Below are positions 43,750-55,210 of a stretch of 64,000 bases of DNA, piece after piece; the first letter of the stretch is position 1; every line of letters begins with the position of its first letter. A program made the translations under genes and the position numbers. The stretch comes from Gonapodya sp. JEL0774. Its lineage: Eukaryota. The stretch spans positions 62,001 to 126,000 of the forward strand of contig JADIIX010000038.1 of assembly GCA_027604505.1 (NCBI GenBank). Direction: 5' to 3'. Below the pieces are notes generated by a model that was not told where the DNA came from, ran no database searches, and was given only the letters and a program-made list of their open reading frames with translations.

Positions 43750-45862
43750 TCACAACTGCCCCACATGCCGTACCTTCCTTGCCACCACCGCCCCAGTGTA
43801 CCGTTCCCACACCTCTCTGTCGCTCACGTGGTCCGGAATGGCCAGCTTGAGGCGGAGCCGTGGGGGGATGGGGAGGCGGTACTTGCGGACAAAGGCAGGG
43901 AGGTGGGGGCGCGGGGGAGGGAGGGTGGCGGTGGTGGTGGCGCTACGGGGGGAAGGAGGTGGGGTGGGCGCACCGGGCAGGTGCGCTCCCGATCCCGATC
44001 CCGATCCCGATCCCGATCCCGATCCCGATCCCGATCCCGATCCCGATCCAGCTCCAGCTCCCCCGCCGCCCGAGTCCTTCTCTACCCCCACCTCCAGTCC
44101 CACCGGCACTCCCTCTCCCAGTCCCAGTCCCACCACATCCGCCCCTGCCCCACCCCCGGGGCCGCCCCCCCCCCCCCCCCCCCCAGCCACCCCCCACACA
44201 CCCCCCCCCCCCCCCCNNNNNNNNNNCTGTGCTCGTTACTCTCCACACTCCATTGGCCCGTCTCGTCCCACCCACACATACCCTCCCCATCCCCACCCAA
44301 CCAACCCACCCCACCCACCCCCCCACCGTTGGCCATCCACCTCAACCTCTCCCCCTGCCCCATGCCCTGATCCACCCTTCTCACAAACACGGCGGGCACG
44401 GGCAGGGCGTGCACGGCCGCGGCAACGGCTTGCCGGGCCAGGTCCTCCGACAGTTCAATACCGGCACCTCCGCCTCCAACACCACCGCTGGTGTCCTCTG
44501 CCACCGCACCGCTGCCGCTTGACGATGGGGCCTGGAGAGGGGGGGTGTGGAGGGGAAGGGAAAGGGAGGGGGAGGGGAGGAACGAGGCGTCAGACAGTCC
44601 ACATGGTCAAAAAGTCATAAACTACAAACATGTCCGCATGAACACAAAACACCAAAAGCGTCAACTGGTCCATATGGACCGATGCCCGCTCATAGGGTCA
44701 ACCACCCAAAGGGTCAACTGGTCCATATGGGCCGATGAGGCCCATATGGACCGCTGGGGATCAATCGCCTCCGGCGGACTGTGCCCGTCGCTGACGCTTG
44801 GCCGAGGGCCCTCGCTCCGTTCGCTTCGCTCACTCCGCTCGGGCTCATATGGACCGCTGGGGATCAATCGCCTCCGGCGGACTCTGCCCGTCGCTGACGC
44901 TTGGGCGAGATTCGTCCATATGGGCCTTCATCGGGCCATATGGATCGCTAGGGATCATTCGCCTCCGCCGGACTCTGCCCGTCGCTGACGCTTGGGCGGG
45001 ATTGGTCCATATGGGCCTCATCGGCCCATATGGACCGCTGGGAATCAATCGCCTCCGGCGGACTGTGCCCGTCGCTGACGCTTGGGCGAGGCGCTCGCTG
45101 ACGCTCGCGCTGGCCCTCGCTCCGTTCGCTTCGCTCACTCCGCTCAGGATGACTCACCCCAATCTCAAAAATAACCCTGTTTGCACGGACACGACAAGCC
45201 CAATAATCGACATTCCCCTTTCCCTTTCCCATCCTGGTCTCAGCACCCTTTGAGGTGACTGGCACGTCTGGAAAGACGCGCATGTGAATTTTTGCGCCCT
45301 TGACGGGTTTGAGGACCCTGCGGAGAATGTTTCTGGTGGCGTCGAGCTGTCGAGCGGTCATGCGGACTGATCTGAGAATGCGTATGCCGTAGTCGCCCCA
45401 AGCGAGGGTTGTGCCGCGTGAGGAGTTGCCGAGAGAGAGGGGGAGACGGCCCTTTTGGGCTTTGCGGTGGTTTCGTCTGCGTGGGATGAAGGGGGAGGCT
45501 GCGTGTCTGCGTTGGTCGAGGAAGAGGATTGAAGAAGAAGGGAGGAAAGGAGTCGGAGAAGGGAATTGGGTATGGCGGAAGGGAGATGAAGGGAGAGGGC
45601 AAAGGAGGGGAGAAGAGAAGAGGGGGGAATGGCGAGAGAGAGAGGGGATGGAGAAGGGAGCGAGGGAGGGCGGGAGATGGGAGAGTGGGGTTGATGGGCT
45701 TGATGCGTGGCAGTGGAGCGTGCGGAGTGGGAGGGGGCGTGTGATGGGTGTGATGGGAGTGTGGAGTGCGAGTCCCCCCTGTGGAATGGACGCAGAGTGA
45801 CTCCGCCACAGACGCCTGACTGTGCCTGCTGCCACTAAGCTGGGCCCGCTCACTCCTCCCAT
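43750..45862 (-). CDS. MRPL16: mitochondrial ribosomal protein uL16 with long Gly-rich C-terminal extension (assembly gap at 44217-44226)
   Basis: RKAQKGRLP..GDYGIR..RVFPDVPVTSKGAETRMGKGKGNVDYWACRV..VIFEIG; intron ~44540-45157; next exon ELSEDLARQAVAAAVHALPVPAVFV. Confidence 0.85.
43989..44049. repeat. (CCCGAT)n hexamer microsatellite
   Basis: About 10 perfect copies; reads (GS)n in the putative MRPL16 tail. Confidence 0.95.
44660..45146. repeat. intronic hairpin-rich repeat cluster
   Basis: 4x catatggaccgctggggatcaatcgcctccggcggact(g/c)tgcccgtcgctgacgcttgg and 2x ggccctcgctccgttcgcttcgctcactccgctc. Confidence 0.9.
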
Positions 45863-46034
45863 CCTGTCCGTCTGAAGTGCTGTCTGTGCTGTCTGTGTGG
45901 TGCGATCCTCCCCACTCCCAGTCACCCTGCACACCACCCGCAATGGCACTCACCTCTCCGTGCCGGCTCCTTCTCATCTTCCAATGACGTGTATTCACGT
46001 AAATATACATCTGTTTTTGGTCTCTCATTTGTAC

Positions 46035-49000
46035 ATAGTTTGTAGACCCTTATCTTGTTCATGTGTTTCAAATCGGGCAGGGACTTCAACAACAGATTGT
46101 GTGTGTTGCAATTGTCTTGTCTTGAATCACTGCTCAGGATGCAGATTCCAGAACCTCAAAAGACATTGTGTTTTGTGGACCCTTTGTCAGGTTCATGTGT
46201 TTCAAATCTGACAAGGCTTCAATGGAACGTGTGCAATTGTTGAATCGATTCTCCTCAAAATCACTGCCCTAATCCACATGCAGGATCCTCAAAAGACATG
46301 TCTCTTATTTGTGGACCTTTGTCCTGTTGAAGTGTTTCAAATGTGACAGGGGTCCAACAACTGATCCCCATGGCGGAAATCTTCTCTCATCTTGGATCAC
46401 TGTTCAAGATTCACTGTCCAGGACTTCACAGATGCATTTTTCTCTCCTTTATACTTTGTAGACCTCTTTGTTTCTCCCCCTGGTATTTTTGTGGACCCTT
46501 TGTCATGGTGATGTGTTCTGCATCTGACAGGGGCTTCAAGTTTCAAGAGGAAGATTGATTGAGGGTTGCCATCTCCTTGTTGTAAATCTCTGCTTATGAT
46601 GCAGATTCCAGTGCTTCACAGACACAGGTTTTTTTCTCTCCCTGTATTTTGTGGACCCCATGTCTTGTTAGCTGTGTTTCAAGCATGACAGGGCTTCAAT
46701 AGGTTTTGCTGTATTCCAATCTTGAATCACTGCTCAAAATGCAGATTCCAGTGCATCACAGACACAGTTTATTTCTCTCCCTGTATTGTGTGGACCCCAT
46801 GTCTTGTTAGCTGTGTTTCAAATGTGACAGGGCTTCAACAACAGGTTTTGCAATTTTGTGGTCTTGAATCACTGATCAAGATCTCTTATCCAGGCCTCAC
46901 AGACACTTTTTTCCCTGCCCTGTGTGTTTTGTGGACCCTGGTCTTGTTGCTTTTGTTTCAAATGTCACAGGGCTCCAATCACTGTTGGAGGTGGCTGCCA
47001 TCTTCTTGTCTCAAATTACTACTCAAGGTCGAGATTCTGGTGCTTCACAGACCTGTTTGTTTCTCTCCCTGGTATTTTGTGGACCCTTTGTCATTGTGGT
47101 GTGTTTCACATCTGACAGGGCTTCAACTGGCAAATCCACAATGGATTGTGTGGAATGCAATCTTCTTGTCTTGAATCACTGCTCAAGATCCAATTTCCAG
47201 GACCTCACAGATGCAATTTTCCCTCCTTTTATTCTGTGGACCCTTTGTTATGTTGAAGTGTGTCAAATGTCACAGGGCTTCAATTGGACAAGATTTCGAG
47301 GGCTGCCATCTTCTTGTCTTGAATCACTACTCACGGTCAAGATTCCAGGACTTCACAGACACGTTTTTGCCTCCTTAATTTTTTGTGGACCCCTTTTTGT
47401 CATGTTGATCAGTTCTAAATCTGAAATTGCTTCAAATGTAGATTGTGTTGCTTGCAATGTTCTTGTCTGGAATCCCTGCTCATGATCCACATTCCTGTGG
47501 TTCACAGACTTGTTTTTTCCTCTGTCTATTTTGTGGACCCTTGTTTTGTTGATGTGTTTCAAATATCACTGCGCTAGTACAACTCATTTTGGGATTGCAA
47601 TTTTCTTGTCTTGAATGACTGACCAAGATCCACTCACCAGGACCACAAATCTCCCCCTTTGGCTTGTTTGCTGTGTTTCAAATCAGACAAGGCTTCAACA
47701 ATACTTGGAGGTGGCTGCAATCACTACTCAAGGCCAAGATTCCATTGCTTCACAGACACGTTTTTTCTGCCTTGTGTGCTTTGTGGACCCCATGTCTTGT
47801 TGATGTGTTTCAACTCTGACAGAGCTTCAACTGAAATAGCCGTGAGGACCACCATCTTCTTGTCTGAAATCACTGCTCATGATGCAGATTCCAGTGCTTC
47901 ACAGACCTGGCTTTACGTCTCCTGTTGTCTTGTTCACTGTGTCACAAATCTGACAGGGTTTCAAGCACCCAATTCATGAAAGAATCCCTCCCAATCTTTC
48001 TTCACTGACCAAGAATCAAGATTCACTCTCCAGGCCTTCAAAGACATTGTGCTTTCTCTTTTGTATTTTCTGGCCCCCTTGTGTTTTGAGTACATGTCTC
48101 AAAATGCTACAGGATTTGATCAAATGAATTTAGAGAATGGTAGATGTGCTTGACTGCCTGCTTCTCTTTTGGAATCACTGCTCATGATGCAGACCTCAGT
48201 GCTTCACAGACCAGCCTGTTTCTCCCCCTTATATTTGTGAGTCCTTTGTCATGTTGATGTGTTTCAAATCTGACAGGGCTTCAAAGAACGATGGAACTGT
48301 GTGCAATCTGCTTGTCTGGAATCACTGCTCAAAATGCAGGCTCCAGGACTCCAAAGACATTTTTTGGACCCACTTTTATTCGTTTGTTTCAAATCTGTCA
48401 GGGTTTCAACCAGTAGATCCAGGGCTGCAATCTTCTTGTCTTCTGTCATTGCTCCTGATGCAGATTCCAGTGCTCTACAGACATGTTTTTACCCCTCCCT
48501 TTTTCTTGTTGGCTGTGTGTTTTAATGCAACAAGGCTTTCAAAGGCACAATTCATGAAAGAATCCCTCACACTCTTTCTTGTTTTGAATCACTGCTCAAG
48601 AATCAAGATTCACTATCCAGGCCCCCCAAAGACATTGTGCTTTCTCTTTTGCAATTTGTGGACCCTCTGCAGTTTTTGCAAATGTCTCAAAACATCACAG
48701 GGTTTAATCAAGGTGTTGCAGAACACTAGATGTACTGACTACCATGGTCTTGTCTGGATTCACTGCACATGATCCACATTCCAATGCTTCATGCACATGT
48801 TGTTTTGCCCTGTGTGTTTTATGGATCCATTGTCATGGTGATTTTTTCAAATGTCACAGGGATTCAACTGGATGGCTGCAGTGTTGTTCTCTTGAATCAC
48901 TGTTCAAGATCCTCTATCCAGCACCTCACAGATGTAGTTTTCCTCCTTTATAATTTGTGGACCCTTGTCTTTTTGATGTGTTTCAAATCTGATATGACTT

Positions 49001-49620
49001 CAAGAACAAATGGAGCAGTCTGGATTAGAGGCAATTTTCTTGTCTTGAATCGCTGCTCAAGATCCACTATCCAGGACCTCACAGACATGTGTGTTTCTCC
49101 TTTATATTTTGTGGACTCTTGTCTTGTTCATGTGCTTCAAATCTGACATGGACTTCAGCTGGAAGAGAGATCAAGGGCTGCAATCTTGCTCTTTTGGAAT
49201 CACTTTTCAAGGTCAAGATTCTGGTGCTTCACAGACAAGTTACTTCACCCTGTGTGTTTTGTTGACCCTTCTCTGGTTGATGTGTTTCAACTTCAAAGGG
49301 CTTCAACTGGAGAACCACCGTCATGCACACAATGTTGTTGTCTTGAATCACTGTTCAAGGTTAAGATTCCTGTGCTTCACATACCTGTCTTATTCTGCCC
49401 ATGCGTGTTTTGTGGACCCCATGTTGTTTTGATGTGTTTCAAATCTGACAAGGCTTCAACGATTTGTTTGTCACATGGTTTTACATGATGAAGGGCATTT
49501 AGGGAATGGTAGATGTTTGACTGCAATTTTCTTGCTTGGAATCACAGCTCAAGTTCAAGATTCTGGTGCTTCAAAGATGTGCTTTTTTGCCCATGTGTGT
49601 TTTGTGGAACCTTTGCCATG
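46035..49620. repeat. degenerate tandem array, ~24 units of roughly 130-170 bp with variable central spacer
   Basis: Recurring tttgtggaccc...gatgtgtttcaaatctgacagggcttcaa-[variable]-tgcaatcttcttgtcttgaatcactgctcaagat...cttcacagac. Confidence 0.95.
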
Positions 49621-49887
49621 GTGCTGTTGTAGAGGACTGCCCAGGATGAACAGAAGGGACGGAAGCGTAGAATGATGTGTGATTCAGAAAATTGGCAACG
49701 ACAAGATAGACAGAAAAACAGGAAGATTGAAAAATGTATCCATCTGTCAATAATCGTCATTTCTGAATCAGAAATCCGATCACCGTTGATCGCACAGTGC
49801 AGGGTGCACTTTGGCGTGGTTCCCAAGCAACACAAAGGGCAGAAACCCATCCACTCGGTCGATTTCACCACTCTGGCATTCTCTGGC

Positions 49888-51784
49888 ATGGTGTGTCTGT
49901 CTCTTTTTCTCTTTCTTTTTCCGTCCATCAATCAATCAATCAACGGGAGGGGGAGGGGGAGGTGCCGGTGCGGCGGAGGAGGGAGGAGGGGTGGGGCGGA
50001 AGGAGAGCGGAGGAGGAGAGGGGGGGGGATGCGAGTGTCAGCCACAAAATAGGAGGGGGCAGGGCCGGTGCGGAAATTCAATGAATCCATCCCGTCTTGT
50101 CTTCTCATTTCCCGTTCCTTTCACTCACCAACATCCCCCTCCACCACCAGTCCGCCCCCTCCCTCCCCCCTCCCGTCCTCCGCACCCTCCTCAAGGACAT
50201 TTCCGTCCTCCGCGCCGACCCTCCCGAGGGCATCCACCTGGTCGTCGATGACGCCAACGTCGCGGACATCCAAGCCTGGATCGATGGACCAGTGGGTACG
50301 CCGTACGAAGGTGAGTCGGGATTCTGCCCATGTGGCACAGGGGGATTATTTGGAGCGGATGTGAGGAACTTGGGGGTCCCTGCCGGTTCACCTGGGGTGA
50401 TCCTCGTGCGGCCATTCAACCCGGCCCCCTAACCACACCTTCCCACACACTCCATTCCGGACACGCACGGGAGGACCCATTCCACCTCTTCCTCTTTCCC
50501 CCTACTTTCCCTTTCCCTTTTCGTCCTTCCTCGCGTGCATATCGTCCGATCTCATCTGCGGGGCGGCCCCGCCCCCCCGCGCGGCGGGGGGGGCCGCGCC
50601 CCCCCCGGNNNNNNNNNNATCTCATCTACCCCCCCCCCCCCCCCCCTTCCCCTGTTCCCCATCCCCGCCCAGCCGGTGCCTACCTCGTCCGCCTCCTCCT
50701 GTCCCCCGACCACCCCATATCCCCGCCCAAGGGCTTCTTCCTCACAAAGATCTTCCACCCAAATGTCGGCCCAGGGGGGGAGATCTGTGTCGACACGTTG
50801 AAGAGGGAGTGGAAGAAGGGGACCAGTGTGGGGGAGGTGCTAGTGGTGGGTTTGAGCGGGGTGGGGGCCGGCCTCGGCCGAGCGTTAACGAGATCTATCC
50901 CAACCGAAACGAGGGATTCCGCCGGAGGCGATTAAACTCTGTCACTTCTTGGCCGGATGTGAATGGAGGGAAGTGGATGCCGGCCTCGCGTGAGCGTCAG
51001 CGAGATAATGCGGAGAGAGACTTGAGCGGTCCATTTGGACCCGCGAGATGATGCGGGCCTGCCCCGCCAAAAGAGACTTGAGCCGTTTATATGGACCAGC
51101 GAGATGATGCGGGCTTGCCCGCCAAAAGAGACTTCAGCGGGCCACGTGGACCAGCGAGATGGAGCGGGCTTGCCTCCCCCTGTCCACCCCGCTGGTGCGT
51201 CTCACTCCCTTTCCCCTCTCCCTTTCCCCCCCACCGCACCCCAGACTATCAAGTGCCTCCTCATCGCACCCAACCCCGACTCTGCGCTCAACCAAGAAGC
51301 GGGCAAGTTGCTCCTCGAGGAGTACGACAGGTTCGCGCAGCGCGCCAGGGTGTTTGCAGAGGTGTATGGGGGGAAGAGGATGGGGGTTGCACACGAGAAG
51401 GGACAGGCACAGGAGAAGGCGCAGGGGAGGAGCAAGAGGGATGGCGAGAGAGGCGACCGAGGCGATCGAGGGGAACGAGGCGAACGAGTCCCGCTGCTGG
51501 ACGGGGTGGCGGGGCAAGTGCCCGTGGCCGTGGGTCACGACGGCGCACAGGGGGGGAAGGCAGGGTTCGGGTACGGCGGGGACGGGTCGGCGGTGGGGGA
51601 CGAGAACCATGATGGCGGAAAGGTTGGGGCAGGAAGCGTAGGTGGGATGAAGAAAACCGCGGCGGGTGCGGGTGGGATGGTGGGGGCGGGAACAGGGACA
51701 GCCGTGACGAAGAAGAAGACCCTCGCCGGAGCCGGAGCCGGAGGGGTGAGGAAGGAGGCCAGGGTGGGGCTGAGGAGGTTTTGA
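49888..51784 (+). CDS. UBE2S: ubiquitin-conjugating enzyme E2 S
   Basis: [98 protein letters not shown]-terminal GLRRF. Confidence 0.93.
50915..51175. repeat. intronic hairpin-rich repeat cluster in UBE2S
   Basis: 3-4 copies of (g)cgagatgatgcgggc(c/t)tgcccgccaaaagagactt.agc...tggacca, ~55 bp period. Confidence 0.8.
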
Positions 51785-52390
51785 GGACCGGGACCGGGAC
51801 CGGGCGGGAGGGGGGGCGGAAGTGTGGGAATGAACACTTTTGATCGGTGGTAGAATAGTAATTGATTAGCGATTAGATATGCTTTTTAGTACCCGATTTG
51901 GAATGCCGAAATATTTTTTTGTTTTTTGTTTGTGTGAGCTCGGGAGTGTGTTTGCGTGACTATAGTTTTTGGCTTCTTTCGTAGGCCCGTGATCGCGTTG
52001 CGGGTTTGAAACACTGCAACATCTCCACGAGGACGGCGGGTGCGGTGTCGGTCCACTCCCTGGCTGTGACCTTGTGGAGGGCGGAGGCGGGTGAGGACCC
52101 TCGTACTGGTGCCAGGTCCCGACCAGTTCCTCTCGTCGACGGGACACTGGTGGGAAGCGTAGTTGGTGCATTGTAAACGGTGAAGGGCCCATGGGGGTGG
52201 GAGGGATCGGGAGGTCTGGCGTCGTGCGGTGGCTGAATACAAATTTTAAGCTCCCCATCAGTTCGCTCACTCACAAGGGCGAGCAATAAAGAAACCACGG
52301 AAAATTACTGATTCACTGGCTGTACACTTCTAAAATATCGTCCTTGGTTTGGGATCGGAGTCCACCTCCACGACATGACTCCCACCCTCT

Positions 52391-55210
52391 TCACACGAGG
52401 ACCAGTGCCCCACCTACGCTCACCAACACCCCCACGACCCACGCCGCCACTCCCCACCCCCCGACTACCCTCCCCGCGTGATTCCCTCTTGGCCCCGCCG
52501 TACCAGTCGCTGCCGGCTGACTGGTGGCCGCCGACCCGAGCGTAGTGCTTGCCGTTCCCGTTCCCATTGCCGTTGCCGTCGCCGTTGAATTCTCCGGCGG
52601 AACGTACACCGTGCCGCTGCTCTTTTCTCCCACGTCCACAGACCACACCGTGGTGGTGTTCCCCTGGGTGCGGCAGGTGGCGCCCGGGGCGTTGGCCAGT
52701 GGGGGCAGGGGGACGTAAGGGGAGAACGCGTTGAAGCCCGCATTGTCGGTGCCGTTGTAGGGGCAATAGGCCATGAGGGTGTTGTTGTTGCCTGAGGGGT
52801 TGGATGAGGGAAAGCGTTGAGTCCACTCGGGCTGGGATCACGGAGGGTTGGTGTCACACGTACCGATAGGTTCCTGGATGCAGAAACCCATGGGCATCAA
52901 TGGCCAGTAAGAGATAAAGCTAGATCACGTGAGGAATGGAGACATCGTATTCGTTGAGATCGCCGATCGGCGGGATCGCCCTTTGAAATGGGAAGGCCCT
53001 GTTGGGTCGTTCCACGACTCACAACAAACACATTTCATCGCTTGTCGCCAGGCCGCCCTTGGTCGGTGTTGTTCTTTTGCTGGAGTCATACGTGCATGTT
53101 GTTTCGATGTAATCCCCTAAGCTCAGGATGGAAGATCAGAGGGTCGGATCCCGTCCACGCTCCTAACGAGCACTCTCCATTCTTCTCCTGTGCTACCTTC
53201 AAAAGATCCAACTCACCAGGAAAGAGAGTATAGTTATCCACAAACTGCAAACTCTGGACATTATTGTCCCAGTAGCGGACTCTACCGAGCTCCGCAATCT
53301 CCACACCGTCTCTCACAACCTTGGAGTACGCTTCCTTTCCCGAAAGGTGCCTGTTGGTGTTGATTTTTGCTCATTTTAACGACAGAATCATGCTATGTCC
53401 GTTATTATACCCACATGTGCTGATGTGAAACGTTCAAAATAATAGTAGTTTCAAGTTTGTTGTGGTGGAGGGGGAGAAAGCACCAGCTTTTCTGAGCACC
53501 CGAATGCACATCAGAAGCTTATGAGTCGGATTCACTCACGAATGCGCTCGCGAAGACATTTATAGGCTCCTTCCATTGGGAAGTACACGATCCCGGGCAC
53601 ACGCTGGGGACAGAGTACGAAGAAAGTCCTGGAGGAATCAGGATACCACTGCAACCAAAAACAGTAAAATGAGAAAACTGGAAACTATTCAAAATGGTGT
53701 CACAGGGGTGTCTGAAAAGACTCACGGTGTATCGGTTCCCATCATCAATACACCCACATTGTGTGTCCTTGTCTGCTGTGTATATGTGTATCGCATCCCC
53801 GACATATCAGAGATATTCAAGCGACGAGTGTTATCATAATGTATTTCGAGCATGACGCTTCTTGGGGAGAGTGTTCTGTCGCTTCCAAAAGGCTTGCCGA
53901 CGTCACTTGGGTAAACAAGGGGTCCCTGTCCAAGTGCCCAGCCTGAGCAGAGAGGAAAGGAAAGGGGAAGGAAACCTACAAAACCCTGTCGAACCCTATC
54001 GACCCCCCAAAAAACACTCACCACTCCAAACACTTTGACAAATTTGGAAGTTCTTCGACCGGTCTTCTGGTCTCGCAGAGATATGTGCGCACTGCATCTC
54101 GTTGCGGGTGCCGTACATAGCGCGTGCTTGTTGCTCCTCACTGTCGGTACATGCATACACAATCAAATGATGCGCGAGAGGTGATACAATTGGTTCCTCC
54201 ATGATAATCTGGTAGTTGCCGTCTGAGGGAGTTTCGGTGGTTACTCTATTTATGGTGACCTTTTTGTGTTGCGTTTGTGAAGCAAACTCACCAATGGGTA
54301 ATGTGTGAAGGGAATAGCAATATATGGTATCCTCCATTGGAACAATGAAAGGTGTGGACGAAATATTGACATCGAAATGTTGGGCGTCTGGTGGCGCAAC
54401 AAAGTTGAAAATGTTTTTCTCAGGATGGAGAAGCCTAACGTTGCGTCCAGCCCTGCTGTTTGGCCCATGATATGAAAGCGTTTGCGAGCTACCATAAGCG
54501 GTGATAACCCATTGATTCGTTAGTAATCGAACAGTCAGATCTTCGTCGAGGCACTGGGCGTCGAGCGGTCGTGAGAAAGCGAAGGCTGTTACATTGCTGG
54601 TTTGGATGGCTGCAAGGAGCTTCAAGTTTTGCGCTAGATCCGCCACGGGCTCCGCAAAGTCGTACGCTGAGAAGAGAGGAAAGACATCATTGAAAAAGAT
54701 TGAGTTGTTCTAGAATATTAGACAAGAACCCAACCATGCATATCGGTCAAGTACAAATCGTCCGCTGCATCTTTTCGAAGGAGCGCAATATCAGCTCCTG
54801 CGAAGCGACGAAGAAGAAGTTGAAAAGGTGGTAGAGTGGAAGAGGTAAAAAAGGGGAACCCAAAAGTAAATAAATGAAAATGTGTTCATCGATAAAGGGA
54901 GTCTCATACCTATCATCGATCCAGTTTCGGATAAACCAACACCTAGCCATGCGGGACTCTGACGGTTCGCGATCGCAAACGTTGCCACCGAGTTAGCTCG
55001 ATCTATCGTCCAGAAGAAGTGCGCCGTTCGGGAGAGAGAGATGTTCCCAAACCACTTGGCCCCCGGGCCCGCAGATAAAATTGAAGCCGGAACCCAAGAA
55101 AGGTCAGGGTTGGGATTTGTGTCGTAGCCGGTGTTGACATCCGACTGGGAGGACACCAATGTTGTCCAGAAAACACAGAGACAGATCACTACAACGCGCA
55201 GTGTCAGCAT
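52391..55210 (-). CDS. DOMON + copper type II ascorbate-dependent monooxygenase (DBH/MOXD1-like), secreted and membrane/GPI-anchored
   Basis: Signal peptide; DOMON WLGVGLSETGSMIGADI; HHLIVYAC; LEIHYDN; HQHM|HLSGK; TCTYDSSKR..GGLATSDEMC; hydrophobic C-terminus. Confidence 0.9.

Noticed and set aside
42990..44620. Plus-strand Pro-rich, PIPIPI, RSRSRS and DPDPDP ORFs
   Set aside because: Artefacts of GC-rich low-complexity DNA and the hexamer microsatellite, antisense to MRPL16
46035..49620. True CRISPR array
   Set aside because: Repeats are over 100 bp and degenerate, spacer lengths are very uneven, there are no cas genes and the context is eukaryotic
46035..49620. Cys/Phe-rich ORFs or a repeat-protein gene in the array
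   Set aside because: Unit lengths are not frame-preserving and stops are frequent; a long-decayed coding origin cannot be fully excluded
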